In this document: piece after piece, positions 40,926 through 54,047 of the stretch
How positions within the stretch are numbered: the first letter of the stretch is position 1
Layout of the letters: every line of letters starts with the position of its first letter
Origin: Parasitella parasitica NRRL 2501
Lineage: Eukaryota > Fungi > Mucoromycota
Direction of reading: 5' to 3'
Length of the DNA stretch: 64,000 nt
Assembly: GCA_025201805.1 (NCBI GenBank)
Contig: MU619261.1
Span: forward strand, 80,005-144,004
The notes under the pieces: model-generated
What the model was told of the DNA's origin: nothing
Seen by the model: the letters and a program-made list of their open reading frames with translations, nothing else
The model's database searches: none
Position numbers and translations under genes: made by a program

Positions 40926-43383
40926 TTAAGAGAAATCATGCGGCGTGTTTGGCATTTCACTTGTTGCGACTTCCAAAGACTTCCAATGCTCGCTCCACTG
41001 CCTTGCGTACCTGACTTCATCTCTAACATATTTGTTGTACATGACTGATACACTGGCTTGTTGTTTATGGAGGTATGACAGCTCCTCAATCAAGCAGTGT
41101 TTAATGAATATGTCACGCTGTCTGACAAGCGACAGCCCGCCAGTGGCTTCATCGAATGATGGGCCTGAGGATGTATTGTCATGTCGAGTGTCCTGTTCAT
41201 CATGCGCAATAAACGGTTGCACTTGTCCTTTTTTGTATCTGGCCACCTGTCTAGATAGCGTTTCATTTTGAATGGGACCCATTTTTTCTCTGCGCTCAAG
41301 CAATTCCTACCCAATGTTCAAGTTAATATCGTCAGAAAAATAACAGCCATATCCACACATATACTCTAAACGATTCAAGTAGATCGCGCTGTCTTTTTAA
41401 GCCTTCTACAATACTATCGCCGGTTGCTTTTGCCTATGATATCCGCAAATTTTAGTAAATATATATATATATATTTGCATTGCGTTAAAGTCGAGTTGTT
41501 CAGTTACTTGTTTGTTCAGCATGACTCCTGCCTGCTGCAGAGATTTGACAATGCTGCTGTATCCGCGTATCACCTCTGGACAGCCCTGGCAGTCAGGCAC
41601 CCAGCAGTTCTTGTCCAATTCACTCACAGAACTGCGCAATTCGTCACTACTATCATCACACATGCCCCATTGCGCTATACTCACTTTAGAGTGGTGCTAT
41701 ATCGCATATAGTCAGTGCCCAATGCCTTTTTCAGTCGATTCATCTGATTCATGATGACACACATGCGTTCGTACTGCTGTATTGATACAGACAGTCTCTT
41801 TTTCATCCTAACAATTCGATCCTCCAAGTCCATGGGTATAGTTTGTTCTAGATACGCTATGTTGTGTGATTTCCTAACAAATTCCTCGTCTAGCGCAGGC
41901 GAATTTACTCTTTTCCATGAATTGATTTCCTATGCAATTGTTAGTAAGATTATCTTTTGAAGATCGACCAACGTGCCCCAAGTACATACAGAAGGATGAC
42001 TTAAAAATGCAATGACGACTTTATCTTTTCCCAATACAGGATGTCTTGCAACAGAGTTGATAAATCGAACAAGGCCCTTTCTTCTTCTCTCTTCAAACAT
42101 GTCATTCCCTATTTCCATATAGCAATAAATACCTAGTGTGTAAATTATTAATTTTACGGATTATCAAACTTTACTTCCTCCAAGCTTTTTCGGGGGCAAA
42201 TTTGGAATGACTCGATAGGGATATCTTTTCAGCAAAGTCTCCCATAACCACCAGAAATCACTGAATCGACGCAGCACTTTGTTGCCTAGCTTTTCGCTCT
42301 CCACTTCGTAATTGACGTGTTTGAATAAAAAGCCTTCCTTTTCAAGCGTGCGAGAAACGGTGATATGATCTAAATCCCGAAACCATTGGTTCATGGCTTC
42401 TTGTTCCTGCTGATGCCTCGAGCGATTGAGCTGCAGCAGATGTTGGTCGTCCGCTTCTGGCTGTACAGCAGTGTTCGTGCTTGACACATCAGAAGGATCT
42501 GCTTGCTTTGTTTGATTGTTTTCCCAAGGATCTTCGTTTTTTGTTGGAGACTCTCTGTTTGCTTTTGGTATCTCTTGGATATTGTAAGATTCCATGTCGG
42601 TTATCGTGGGGATAGGTAAATCTATCAGGGTCCGAGCATTTAATATAGAACTGGCTGTTATTTGCTAAATATTGCATACCATTTCTATGCTGATACACTG
42701 TCTCCAATGAGATATCTAAGATAGCAAACGTTCCATTTGAGATTTTTTAATAGCTAGGCATACCGCTGGCTTACCCATATTTTTCTGGGCACAAGCAACG
42801 AGGGCTAGATAAGCATTGAATTCGTTCCGTGTCACCGAGCTTTCTCCAGTAGCGACAATCAGATTCATAATCTATGCACACATATACTTTGAAAAATTAG
42901 CAAAAAAAGTACATGAACGCACTGGCATACTTGCTTTTTGTTGTTGAAAGAGAGGTATACTGGCTAAATGTAGAATAATCTGCAGTGGTTTGACATTGAT
43001 TTCCTCGCGATGTGGGTTTGATTTACTGTAAATATCGAGATAAACATCAGGAACATCCGCGCCCACTAATAGCCTTATTGTTAAACATCTCAATATGTGT
43101 GATTTCAACAAGCAGAATACCTACAAAGGACATTGTTAGCAGTCAGCCTTGATCCAAACCCCCCATTTTGCTCGTCTAATTCTGATCCCATCATAAAACT
43201 AGAGTCTATGGCATAGGCATTGCTGTTCCTGGTATCAGTAAAGTCAAAGGAAGCATTACTGCTGGTAGTCCAAGGGTCGTCAGCGTAGATGGGAGGTGTC
43301 GTTCGAGATAAAGACTGAGAGCTAAAGTATTGCAGTGGATTGCTATAGTCGGGACTTAGTATGTCGTCGCTGGGTGTTTGCAT
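40926..43383 (-). CDS. MVP1: Sorting nexin Mvp1/SNX8 (PX-BAR)
   Basis: KEGFLFKHVNYEV, RRFSDFWWL, YPYRVIPNLPPK, EERRRKGLVRF, helical C-terminal region. Confidence 0.85.
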
Positions 43384-43849
43384 TACCTGGTCAAACGAAA
43401 ATAAGAGTATAAGAGAAAGGGAAAAAGAAAACCGGAAGTATTGCGCACAAAGGAACATCTTGTAGTAATACATGTGTTTTAAGAAGCCGCGCAATGCAGA
43501 CTAGGAGTAAAACATCAACAAAAAGAACTTGCACCTGAAACTCATTATCGACATGTGGATTCTTGTATCTTTTATTGGAAGCATTGTGTATTCTCCTGGC
43601 ATGCTTGATGCTATTTCAGAATGTCTAGGCAAAGCCCTGCAACATCATTCCAAGCCGACATCCCATATTGGCTTTGCGTACAAGCGCCGTACAAAACAAC
43701 GCCCAAAGGTGGGGAAGGGCGCTCTTTGCAATGTAACAGTGCTTTCAAACGACCGGACCGGAAGCTACAGTACAAGACGCACGCGATTCGTACTAGAAAC
43801 CCGCTCCTCCTCCTCCTCCTCCCCCCCCCCCCCCATTTATAATCCAAAT

Positions 43850-43855
43850 ACGCGT
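43850..43855. promoter_or_regulatory. MCB-type element ACGCGT upstream of PCNA
   Basis: ACGCGT at 43850; ACGCGA at 43781; second ACGCGT at 44343 in a PCNA intron. Confidence 0.45.
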
Positions 43856-43982
43856 CTTGGTTTTATATTTTCTTCTCTTTCCCTTTTCTTTTCTTCATCC
43901 CTTGAAAACTATTCAAATGTAAGTTGAGATTACAGCGTCTCTAATGAATGGTCTCAGATGTTGACTGTTGCATCTAGCTATA

Positions 43983-44911
43983 ATGCTCGAAGCCCGTCTC
44001 CCTCAAGCCAAGCTCCTTAAATCCTTACTTGAAGCTGTCAGAGAACTCGTTACAGAATGCAACTTTGAATGTAACGATTCTGGCATCGCCCTTCAAGCCA
44101 TGGATAACTCTCACGTCGCTTTGGTTGCAATGTTGTTGCGCTCTGATGGCTTTGATCCCTATCGTTGCGACCGTAACTTACCCTTGGGCATCAATTTAGC
44201 TAATTTGGGTAAGATCTTGAAGTGTGCTCGCAATGATGATATCTTGACCATTAAGGCTGATGATGACGGTGACATCTTGAGCATGGTTTTTGAGAGTAAA
44301 GGTAATGTAGTGGTCGTGCAAGAAAGTTAGGTCGCGTCTTTAACGCGTGTTGGTTTAATAGAAAGTGAAAAGATCAGTGAGTACGATCTCAAGTTGATGG
44401 ATATCGACAGTGAACATTTAGGTATTCCTGATACCACATATGAAGCTGTTGTCACTATGTCCTCTGCTCGATTCCAAGAAATCTGCCGTGATTTGCAAAC
44501 TCTTAGTGATTCTGGTATGTTTTTTTTTTTCGTATCTTCTAAGCTTGATCGTCTAATTGACTCTTTTTCTTTTTTTTTCTTTTTTCTTTTTTTTTATTTC
44601 AAGTTACCATTGAATGTACAAAGGAAGGTATCAAATTCTCCAGCGATGGTGAGATTGGTAAGGGTGCTGTCACTTTGAAAGCCAACAGCTCTGTTGATAG
44701 CGAAGATGATGCCACCGTTATCGAACTTCAACAAAGTGTCTCTATGACATTCTCTATCAAGTACCTCGTCAACTTTACCAAGGCCACACCTCTTGCACCT
44801 CGTGTCAGCTTAAACCTATCAACAGACGTTCCTCTGTTGGTTGACTACAAGCTTGAGAATCTGGGTTATGTTAGATACTACTTGGCTCCCAAGATTGGCG
44901 ATGAAGAGTAA
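43983..44911 (+). CDS. POL30: Proliferating cell nuclear antigen
   Basis: [42 protein letters not shown]. Confidence 0.97.
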
Positions 44912-45300
44912 AACAAAGAAAACCAACCACAACAGCCCCATCCCAAAAATTAGTGTAAATTGCTCTCACTTTATACAAAATACGCATTATTATATATATA
45001 TATATTACTACTAGCATCAATTCCACGTCAAATAATGAATGCTCTTGAAAGAATAAAAAGTCAGCTTGAATCAACATTGGAATCAAAGACTTTATAGATG
45101 GGATGTTTGCTATCAGCAGTGAGCGATTTAGAAAGGCGTGCCTTTCACATGAATGTGTCTTACTGCCACATACACGAACCACGGATGTCATGCTGCAAAT
45201 ATGGAAAAAACCATTGCGTGGAAGCGTAAATTTATTTATAGAATATCATTAATTAGTCGGTTTCTTTCTTTTTGAAGTTTGTATTTTCTTTATTAGTAAG

Positions 45301-45400
45301 ATGACTGCCCGTTTTTATCATGACAATGGTCAAAGTAGAATAGTTGATGAGCAAAAGAATGATTCAATGGACTGGGATGAGGAAAACTTTGACCTGTATG
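45301..45400 (+). mobile_element. Remnant of a Tc1 transposase N-terminus
   Basis: MTARFYHDNGQSRIVDEQKNDSMDWDEE resembles MSSVFYYEDGQDNLYDENG of the Tc1 copies. Confidence 0.45.
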
Positions 45401-46555
45401 TAGTCATTTCGCAGTTTCTGAAAGAAAGAAAAAAAAAGCTCAAGTAAATGATAAAGGTTATGGTGATTGCGATAATATATAAAAGCGTTTCTGGTTACAA
45501 ACCTTTTATTTCTGATAAAAGCTAACAAGCTCCTGAGAGAAGAGAAATATCTCCCTAAATAGACCTCTTACCATCATTCATAGTGAAAATACAAAAAGAA
45601 TGAGTTGTGAAATAAGCTATATAGATCACATCTATAAGCTCCAGGTAGTCTTTGAAAAAGGCCACAGTTGTCTATTGACAAACATCTGTGATTCTGGGTG
45701 TAAGTGTGTCTGTTGGCTTTGGATCAAAAACCTTTAATTGGATTCAGGAACGAAGAGCAAGGTTAAAGATAAACACATTTATGTCCTTGACATTTCATAA
45801 ACTTCTATATAGATAATCTTTTATGAAAGGGTGTATTATCCTGGTGGTAAATTGTTTCCTTTTCTTTGGCATTTTCTTATTCCTTCAGTTGATCTGGTGT
45901 CTTCTAGTGTAGAGGGTCTTGTCAGACAAATACCAAGCTGGATTATGTATACCCAGTTGCACAGTAGAACAGCTAGTCAAACCTGTTCCATCTTTATGGT
46001 ATTAAGATGGCTCAAAAGTGTGTGTCTTTGCAAAGTCAGGTATGTAGATTTCAGGTGCCTGATTTTTTTTTTTGGGTCTACGCGAACTTTAGTGTGTTAA
46101 TGTCTGTTTTGTCAGAAGAAAGACAAAAACTACGAGAAAACAATGTTTAACGATCTCTAACATAAAAATAATTAATGCAAAGTAATGCATCAGACTAGAA
46201 GACATCTTTTAATAAAATACTTGCATAGTTTAGAGCAAGTTTTTGTACTTTTCAAGTTGACATCAGATGACGGTGGCGACTTTTCTGAAAAAATATTTTT
46301 CAAGATCGGAGCGTGAGATCGTCAGGCCAGGTACAGACATGCAAGTGCTATCATTAGAAAGTTAAGAAGCACACAATTTAAATGAAATAAATTTTGATTG
46401 TTTTTCTCTTGAATTGAGTAAGCTATGGCTTCTCAAAGCTAATGCTTTCTTCAAAAAAGCACCATTTTTCTTTGATAGCGGAGATTAAACGCTTCCAAAA
46501 TCAGGAAGTAAAAAATCTTTCAAAAACTCCATTTGGACAATTAGAAAACAAAATT

Positions 46556-48945
46556 CCTTAAGGATCTTGCCAATTGGAGGCCCATCTCCCTGATAAATAC
46601 TGATTGCAAGGTATTCACTAGAATTTTGAATTCTCGGGTGATTGATGCTGCTAATCAGGTGATTACGCAACAACAAGCGGGTTTTATGCCTAACCGTTTT
46701 ATTGGCGATCACGGCCTCGCTCTGCGAATTCTGATGGAAGACGCTCAACTATATTCCAACCGAGCTCTTGGGGTGGCCATCGATAGCGCTAAAGCATATG
46801 ATTATGTCAACGAGAACTACATTTGCAAAGTATTGCAAAAGTTTGGTTTTCCCTCCACATTCATCACAAGCATTCGCAATTTGTTCTTTAAGAACCAAAT
46901 AGTGATTAACGTTAACGGGTTTTTGACAGATTCTGTACAGCAGAAACGGGGACTACGCCAGGGGGATTCCATTTCTCCAGTGCTCTTTAACTTTGCCTTG
47001 GAACCTCTACTGCTAGCCATCTTAAATGATCCCAATATCAAAGGATACTCCTTGAACACCAAAGCCGTCAAATCATCGAACCTTCAAGTGCCATCTCCTG
47101 CTCCCATTAAACTGTTAGCTTATGCTGATGATTTATTAGTCATTGTCAACAGTAGTGCCGAGATGCAGGCCATTCAGGATCATATATCATGCTATGGCCG
47201 TGCATCCAATGCTAGGGTTAATTATCATAAGTCGGTCGCTTTCCCCCTCTCTGGGGACAGGTCCGTCGTACGTCCAGATTTGTTCCGCCTCTCACGGCGC
47301 CTTCAATTCCAATGGCACGATTCAAATAGTGCGTCCTATATGAAATACCTTGGGTACCCCATCTGGTTTGGTGTCCACCAAAGGACGAAGTTTTGTGAAG
47401 AAAGTATCCTCAAGTTACAGGCGTCCCTCGACCGCCACTTAACGCGTAATATCTCTGTGTACGGCCGGGCAAAAATGGCCAATACTTTGTTCCTGGCTAG
47501 ATTCTGGCACGTATTGAGGATTACTACGTTCCCTTTGGCCTTTATCAGGAAGATATCCTCTATGATTTACCAATTTATATGCTACAGGATCTTTCCGCCT
47601 ATGAGGAAATCTGTCATTTACTTACCCAAAGAAGATGGTGGTCTGGCAGTTTTCGACATAACTGTGCAACAACATATACTACAGCAGCGTTATGTCAGGG
47701 CTCTCCTGATAGACGCCCCAGGTGAGCAGCAGCTGCCTAGTTTCCTCCTGCAGCTCCTCTCAACGTTCATACAAGTAACGTATGGGGCTCCCTACGTGCA
47801 GTTACCATTGTTGTTTAAGAACTTTCGCTGGGGCTCGCCTTTGACTGGCCTACATTGCCTCCTCCCAATTTTGCGCTCTGTCGATGCCTTTTATATTGAT
47901 GATTCCTGGGATCAAAGCCAACTGTCTTTTGACACGCTGCTGAACTTTCCTCTCGTTGCCCTATGTCAACAGGATGACGCTGCCCATAGCATTGTTCAAC
48001 ACAGACAGATACGACAAAAACCGGCCAGCACTTTCTTAGAACCAAGTCGCTTATCCGAGGCTCTAGTCTTTAAAGCTCGAAGCAGCTGTCCCAACCCTGG
48101 CCTGTTGACAAAGATTCTTCGAGCGGTAAATTCGGGTGCTCTGTCCTTCATCTCGTCCATCAACGTATACTTGTCTTCTCCCTCTGGCCCTTCTCTGAGT
48201 GCCGCGGGCAGTGGTGTTGACTTCTCGCCGTATTTTCGTTCTAAGTTCATCTACCAAGGAATATTGGTCTTGTCCATGACTAATTCTCAGCTGCGAACGA
48301 TGTATATGCGAGATCACCCACCAATCAACCGCCCAGCGCTGGATGTTCATCGCTTTACTGCTATATCCTCCTTCCTCCATACGCGGATGCCCAGCTCAGC
48401 GCGTAATCTTTGGTTTCGTTTGCTACATAACAAAGTCTCATCTAAGGTGAATTTGCGGCCTATCCTCAAGCTGCCGGATGAAATGTGTGTTTTCTGTGGC
48501 GGTCGTGAGACTACTGCCCACATGTTGTTCACTTGCCCATCTCATGCTGATGCTTGGCAAAACTACTTTGCCTTGGTCTTTGTGCCTTCTGGTCCACTGA
48601 ATATGGATCAGGTATCTCAAGATGTAATGTCGTTAAACCTACAGGGATACCGTCTTCTGGACTCCGAATTGAAAGTTTCTGTTTTCGAAGCGGTTACATG
48701 TCTACTGACTTCTGTCTGGCGTGCCAAATGGCAACACTATTTTGATGCAGTTGCCCCTGACAACCAATCCATCGTGGATCGTGCCATGGTCAATTTGCGA
48801 CACTTATCGGCTCTTAACATTTTGTAATATAGTNNNNNNNNNNNNNNNNNNNNNNNNNNNNNNNNNNNNNNNNNNNNNNNNNNNNNNNNNNNNNNNNNNN
48901 NNNNNNNNNNNNNNNNNNNNNNNAAAAAAAAAAAAAAAAAAAAAA
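46556..48945 (+). mobile_element. 5'-truncated L1/Tx1-like non-LTR retrotransposon
   Basis: Open RT ORF (NWRPISLINTD, GLRQGDSISP, LAYADD) plus C-terminal CVFC...H...C finger, stop at 48827, poly(A) tail, 13-bp TSD AGAAAACAAAATT at 46543-46555 and 48946-48958. Confidence 0.93.
48834..48923. other. Assembly gap (N run) in the LINE 3' end
   Basis: Run of N. Confidence 1.
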
Positions 48946-50086
48946 AGAAAACAAAATTACTTCTTTGAGGAAGATATCATCCTCTTATACTATGCATACC
49001 ACGGCTGTCAGTTTATGATAATAGCTGTATTGTTGGGCTCTCTACACAATGGTGTCATTTTCATAATCCCCGTATACTTATGGAAGAAATTCTGCCAAAA
49101 AACCTCAAAAATGAATTAAGAGCGAAAAGTCAACATTTTGCTTAATCAGAGCGGCATTTCCAATCTTTCAGATCAAGGAATGACCTTTTACGGTCATTTT
49201 CTTCTAATATATGACATAGTGAAAAGTTGCATTTTTGAGGTCAAAATCGAGGATATTGCATAGTCAATGATTTTGGATGTGTGGATACAAGGAAAAAATC
49301 GAAAAAATCCGTCATTTTGCATCGAAAAAAAAATCATGCTCAAATTGCACCAAAATCATATATAATATAGTTTTTTCCCCATGGATACTATTTCTGGCGT
49401 TTTCAGGGCATTTTAAATAATAAAAATCAGTCAAAAGATGGCACACGAAGCTAAAGTTCTAGCTTTTAAGCTGTAAAAATTATCTATCTGGAGATGATAT
49501 CACGTCAATGTCAATTTTAGTACATGACAAAGCCCTACAAAGTAAGCATTTTTGATGCCACAAGAATACCTTTCTTTAAAAAGTACTATAATCAAACAGA
49601 TGTGTCCTATTGGGTTGAAAGCAGAAGAGGATAATTTATGAATTTAATGTTTTGCTGCAATAACCCCTTGTTTTGTGAATAATTCATAGGTTGCTAAGCA
49701 CCTACAAGCATTTGTACAGCACTCTGTTGATTGTTTTGAAATACGCTTACGTGGCGAGCCACTATGAATATTAATCATTTCATTTAATCAGTCATTTTTT
49801 ATAAAAGTACAGTGTTTTGCTTTGGAAAGGACAAGAATTCGACTGGAACGACTGTACTGTGCTTCTACTCTCAATTTACCAATTTTTTTGAAAACACTGC
49901 CCGCTTTCCTGATATATTTTACACATGTGTGAGGACAACTTGCCCAGAGTAATGGGGCTAACTTGGTCGAATGATCGAAACAAACTTGCCAGCATTTGAA
50001 TATAAATTAACCGCAATTTTCCAAATAGTTTACCAACTTATGGTGGAGAAAGTCCTTGATTGCTTAATGATTAATCGATGTTATCA

Positions 50087-50157
<71 letters not shown>

Positions 50158-50174
50158 GTCTCTCAGAGGTACGG

Positions 50175-50900
50175 GAGAGAACAACTTGATAACCAATTTA
50201 ACGATGGATTTGAAGCTGGGCGCTTTAAATTACTATAACTATAGAGCGGGGCTGCTTCAATCTTGGCGGCAGTTTCTAATGCAATCTCCTTCAAACATAG
50301 CAGATATGTAATACTGTTTGGTAAAAGTGAGATTTGATCAAGTTTCTTGAACAATTTGGATACAATAATCAGTCTGTAAATTTTTGGAGAAGGGATTTTC
50401 ACCTTCACAGTGAACACCACAAACGTTAGGCTTTGTAACTCCTTTGATAACCAAATTGTCCAAGGTCTCCTTCATTTGTTTTGCACATTTTAATAAACCT
50501 GATTCAACGTACGACTTTTGCTCTGTGGGCTTAAATTCAGCAATTAAAATAATATATTTGATGCTGCCAGAGAGGTTGTATACTTTTAAATAACTGACCA
50601 TTAGCCAATTTCATTTTTATAGGAGGGTTTGAAGCAAAGGCAGATGGTAATGATGATGAAAGGTAATAATGAACGTAGCTATCTTTGTTTGAATCTTCAG
50701 GTGGTCCATTGATAAGAACAGGGAGGATTTGCGTCAGAACTTGGGCTTTGTGCATATGTTCCTTGGCGCACAAGCTTTTGGAAGTGATTGACTACATAAT
50801 GACAATGAAGAGAACCAGTCATCGGGAGGAGATGCTTCTATGCCCCTTCACTAAGTGAAGCATTTCAGTCCTTCTGTGGGGTGATAAGCATCAAACGATG
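50175..50900 (-). pseudogene. Decayed PD-(D/E)xK nuclease-fold gene related to the composite-element core gene
   Basis: Frameshifted pieces DSYVHYYL...LANGQL, IILIAEFKP, LLKCAKQMKETL, VCGVHCEG; boundaries approximate. Confidence 0.55.
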
Positions 50901-51290
50901 AAGCTCATTTGAGCAAAGTGCAATAGTTCACATTACATGATGTCAAACATTCAAATTATCATGAACAGGTTCAAGTTTCACCAGATATTGGAACTTTAGT
51001 GAAAATATCTGCTTGATTCTAATTCTTCTAATCTTGATCTTACTTATCACTATAATTAAAAAGCATAGTTAGTTTTATTATCTATACAATTGATCCGCCA
51101 TTTGTGATCATCATCTACCATTATAAAGGAGTTCTTCACCATAAACTTACCAGCATACATTGCTGTCAATTACTACTTGTCCAGTAATATCCACGCCTAT
51201 TATATAGTAATTAATGGCCCAGATAGCAATGTTAGCAATTAGAAATGCCAACTTGACATTAACATAGTACATCACTCTACCCTTTTAATA

Positions 51291-52697
51291 CTAGACTAGC
51301 TGACCTACTCGCTTCGCTCACGACGGCCATCGTCGCCCTACCGGGAGCTCAATCTTTTGATAAGTGCTAATCAGATATTCAATGCTCTTTTATTGTTGTT
51401 TATCTATAACTTAAAATATATTGTTAGACAGAAATAAAAATATAGATGTAGTAACGCACAATAGGAAAAAAAAACGTAAAAATCAGTAGAGTTATTTAAA
51501 TACTTCATGGAATACAATATTATCGGTGTATGATCCAGTATAGTTTTTGGTAGTTGAGGTATTTCTATGCAGAAGAATTTTGATTGAAGATAGCTGCTTA
51601 ATGCGCGAGAAAGCAACATATAACTGGCCATGTGAGAAAAAGACCAAGAAAGTCGAGTGTTGAGCCATGATGGTCATGGTGAATACCGGTCTAACAGAAA
51701 ATTAGCAATCAACTCAGGACAGTACAAAGAGAAATCGGGGTTTGCACTGGTGTCTCCATTTTTCTCTATGCCCACATGCTTGACAATGGCGACAGATGCT
51801 GTTCCTTCTACCAAGATCATGGCGTTTGGTGAAAGAGGATGTACTTCTTCTAGCCATGTTATGAGTATTGTTGTGTATTAATTTGGCACCCAATCTACTA
51901 GTAGATCGCAAATGACCTTCTTGTCCACAGCTTGAACAAATACGTCTGCTGGTTGTTGCGTCATTAACGCTGATTGTTTCTCTTTGCTGATCTACTTTCA
52001 TAGTTTCAGATTGAGATCCCACTTTATACAAAGATTTTGATTATGATTGTAAAGTGAAAACAAATTTGAGTCATACGATTAGCAATGTTGTTTGCGCAAT
52101 GACGATAAGAAGATCGAGATGGCCTATGTCACCACAGCTTCCGCGAGTGTTAGTATTAGCACGGGTGTTATTGAGGCAAAGCCTGCTTGCAGAACGCGAA
52201 TGGCCTTCTTGACCACAGCTTGAGCAGATTCTAATAGCTGGCAATCTGTGTTTGTAGTAATAAAAAGTGTCAACATAATTGTATTAAATAAAACAGAGTG
52301 TGCAGCTTAAAAAGTCGCTTTTGCTGGTTAGACCATGTCCAATTTCGAAAGATTCAAGCTTTTTCGCCCGACTTTCAACATTATTCACTCTGTTTAGAGA
52401 GTTTTAATTTTAAATTAATGTGCACGTATTTTACTTATAATTTTCTGACGTGTTAAAGTATTTTTAATTAGTTTCTGAAATTGAGGATGTGCTTGGCTCA
52501 ACGCCGACTTCTCGAAATTTAACAAACTGGAATGGAACTGAAAAAACCAACTAAAGCATTTGTTAACTCCATTTCTTCTTGGTTTAGGTTTGTTTTGCTT
52601 TATTCTTGAGCTTCAAGCGACTTTAATGCGGCTGTTTTTTTTTTTTTACAAAGCTTGTAAAAAAAGTTAGCAGACTCCATTTTTTTAATTATATAGA
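51291..52697 (-). mobile_element. Non-autonomous, internally deleted Helitron (1407 bp)
   Basis: 5' TCTATATAAT at 52697, 3' CTAG at 51291, inserted between A and T, GC-rich hairpin near the 3' end; remnants CSSCGQEGH, HDLGR..ICRHCQA and PIF1 helicase end FSHGQLYVAFSR...TDNIVFHEV. Confidence 0.85.
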
Positions 52698-52820
52698 TTA
52701 AAATCGCCCTTTTGGCGCTGGAAGGACTGGAAATATTTATATATACAAGATGGGGTAATGATATGTATAAAAGGAGCTAAAGCACTCGCAAATAAATAAT
52801 GTAGGATGCATGGACAATGC

Positions 52821-53880
52821 TCATGTATTTAGACGTGTATCTTGGTAGGCTGGGAGTCGATTCGATTCGTACAACGGCAGCGATTCTTCATACTCTAACG
52901 ACCGCAAAAATCTTGGGGAGTCTGGAGTGTCAACGTAATAAACCTGCAAATCTTGAGAAGCGCGAATACCGTAGCCCAACGTCCCGATTTTCAAGGGAAG
53001 CTCCATCTCAACAACCGAATTAAACAAAGGGCCTATCAGCGAGCAATGGCTGCTCTTGATTTTGATCCTGAGCGTATAGGAAACACGAACAACCTTTGAG
53101 TAGTTGATCGAAGGCGTCAGATCAACGGGAAGAGGCAATGCCACTTGGTATTTTGCGCCACTACCGCCATTTAAAGTTTTGATCACGGCATGCTGTTTAT
53201 GGCCTTTTGACTTGGCCTTGTAGAAGCTAGAAGCAACCACTCTTGTGACCGAGACAGCACGACATTGCACGAGTTCCACATTTTCGCACAGCTCGAGCGA
53301 AATCGAATTGACTTCAGCTGGCTGGTCCTCCATCCTTTTCTTCTTGTTGGCTTGACGGCGCGATGTAACAACCGTTATTGGGATGCTGTCACCTGGCACG
53401 TAGGCCAAAGAGTGCAATTGCGCAGATGCATGCAACCCATTGTGACAACCCTCCTCAATGTTGGGTTGTTTCAAGAGGCTAGTTTCTATAAACGGCATAT
53501 AGGTGATTGTTCGTTGGGTTAACACAGGGGGTAAGGTGAATGTCGTGCGAATCAACTTGGCTGAGAGGTCAAATTTGCATTGATAAAGTGCGTGGTCCAT
53601 GGAAGGAGGGAACTGAATCATAGGCATTTGTATAGTGAAGGGGAATTGGTAATGCCTTTCTGTTAGTAAGCAATCGTCTCGTGTTCGTTGCCAGAGCGTC
53701 TGCTGCATGCCAAAGAAGGGTTTTTTTATCAATGGCACAAGAAACTTGGTGCCATCATGGACGGCTGTAGCGTGTTCAGCGCCTCTGAATGTCAACACAA
53801 TTCGATCTGCAGCGACAGGAGATTCTTTCATTCTAAGGTGAACGATACCTGTAATACAGATTTCGGTTAGATTTGCACGT

Positions 53881-53915
<35 letters not shown>

Positions 53916-54047
53916 AAGCTTTCATAGCGTACCTTGAAACACAGATCCAGGTCCATAAACGGGCTCATCTTGTACAGTGAACCCAAATTCAAGTAATAGT
54001 TCAATAGAGACACTTATATTCGGATCAGTAGACGGGATAACTGTCAT
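52821..54047 (-). CDS. Alpha-arrestin / arrestin-domain protein
   Basis: YGPGSVFQ|GIVHL, YQFPFTIQMPMIQFPPS, YVPGDSI, LPLKIGT; C-terminal LPLY/LPAY motifs. Confidence 0.8.

Noticed and set aside
46240-49600. Possible DNA transposon into which the LINE inserted
   Set aside because: Only weak, short inverted similarity between about 46245-46275 and 49497-49525; no definable TIRs or TSD.
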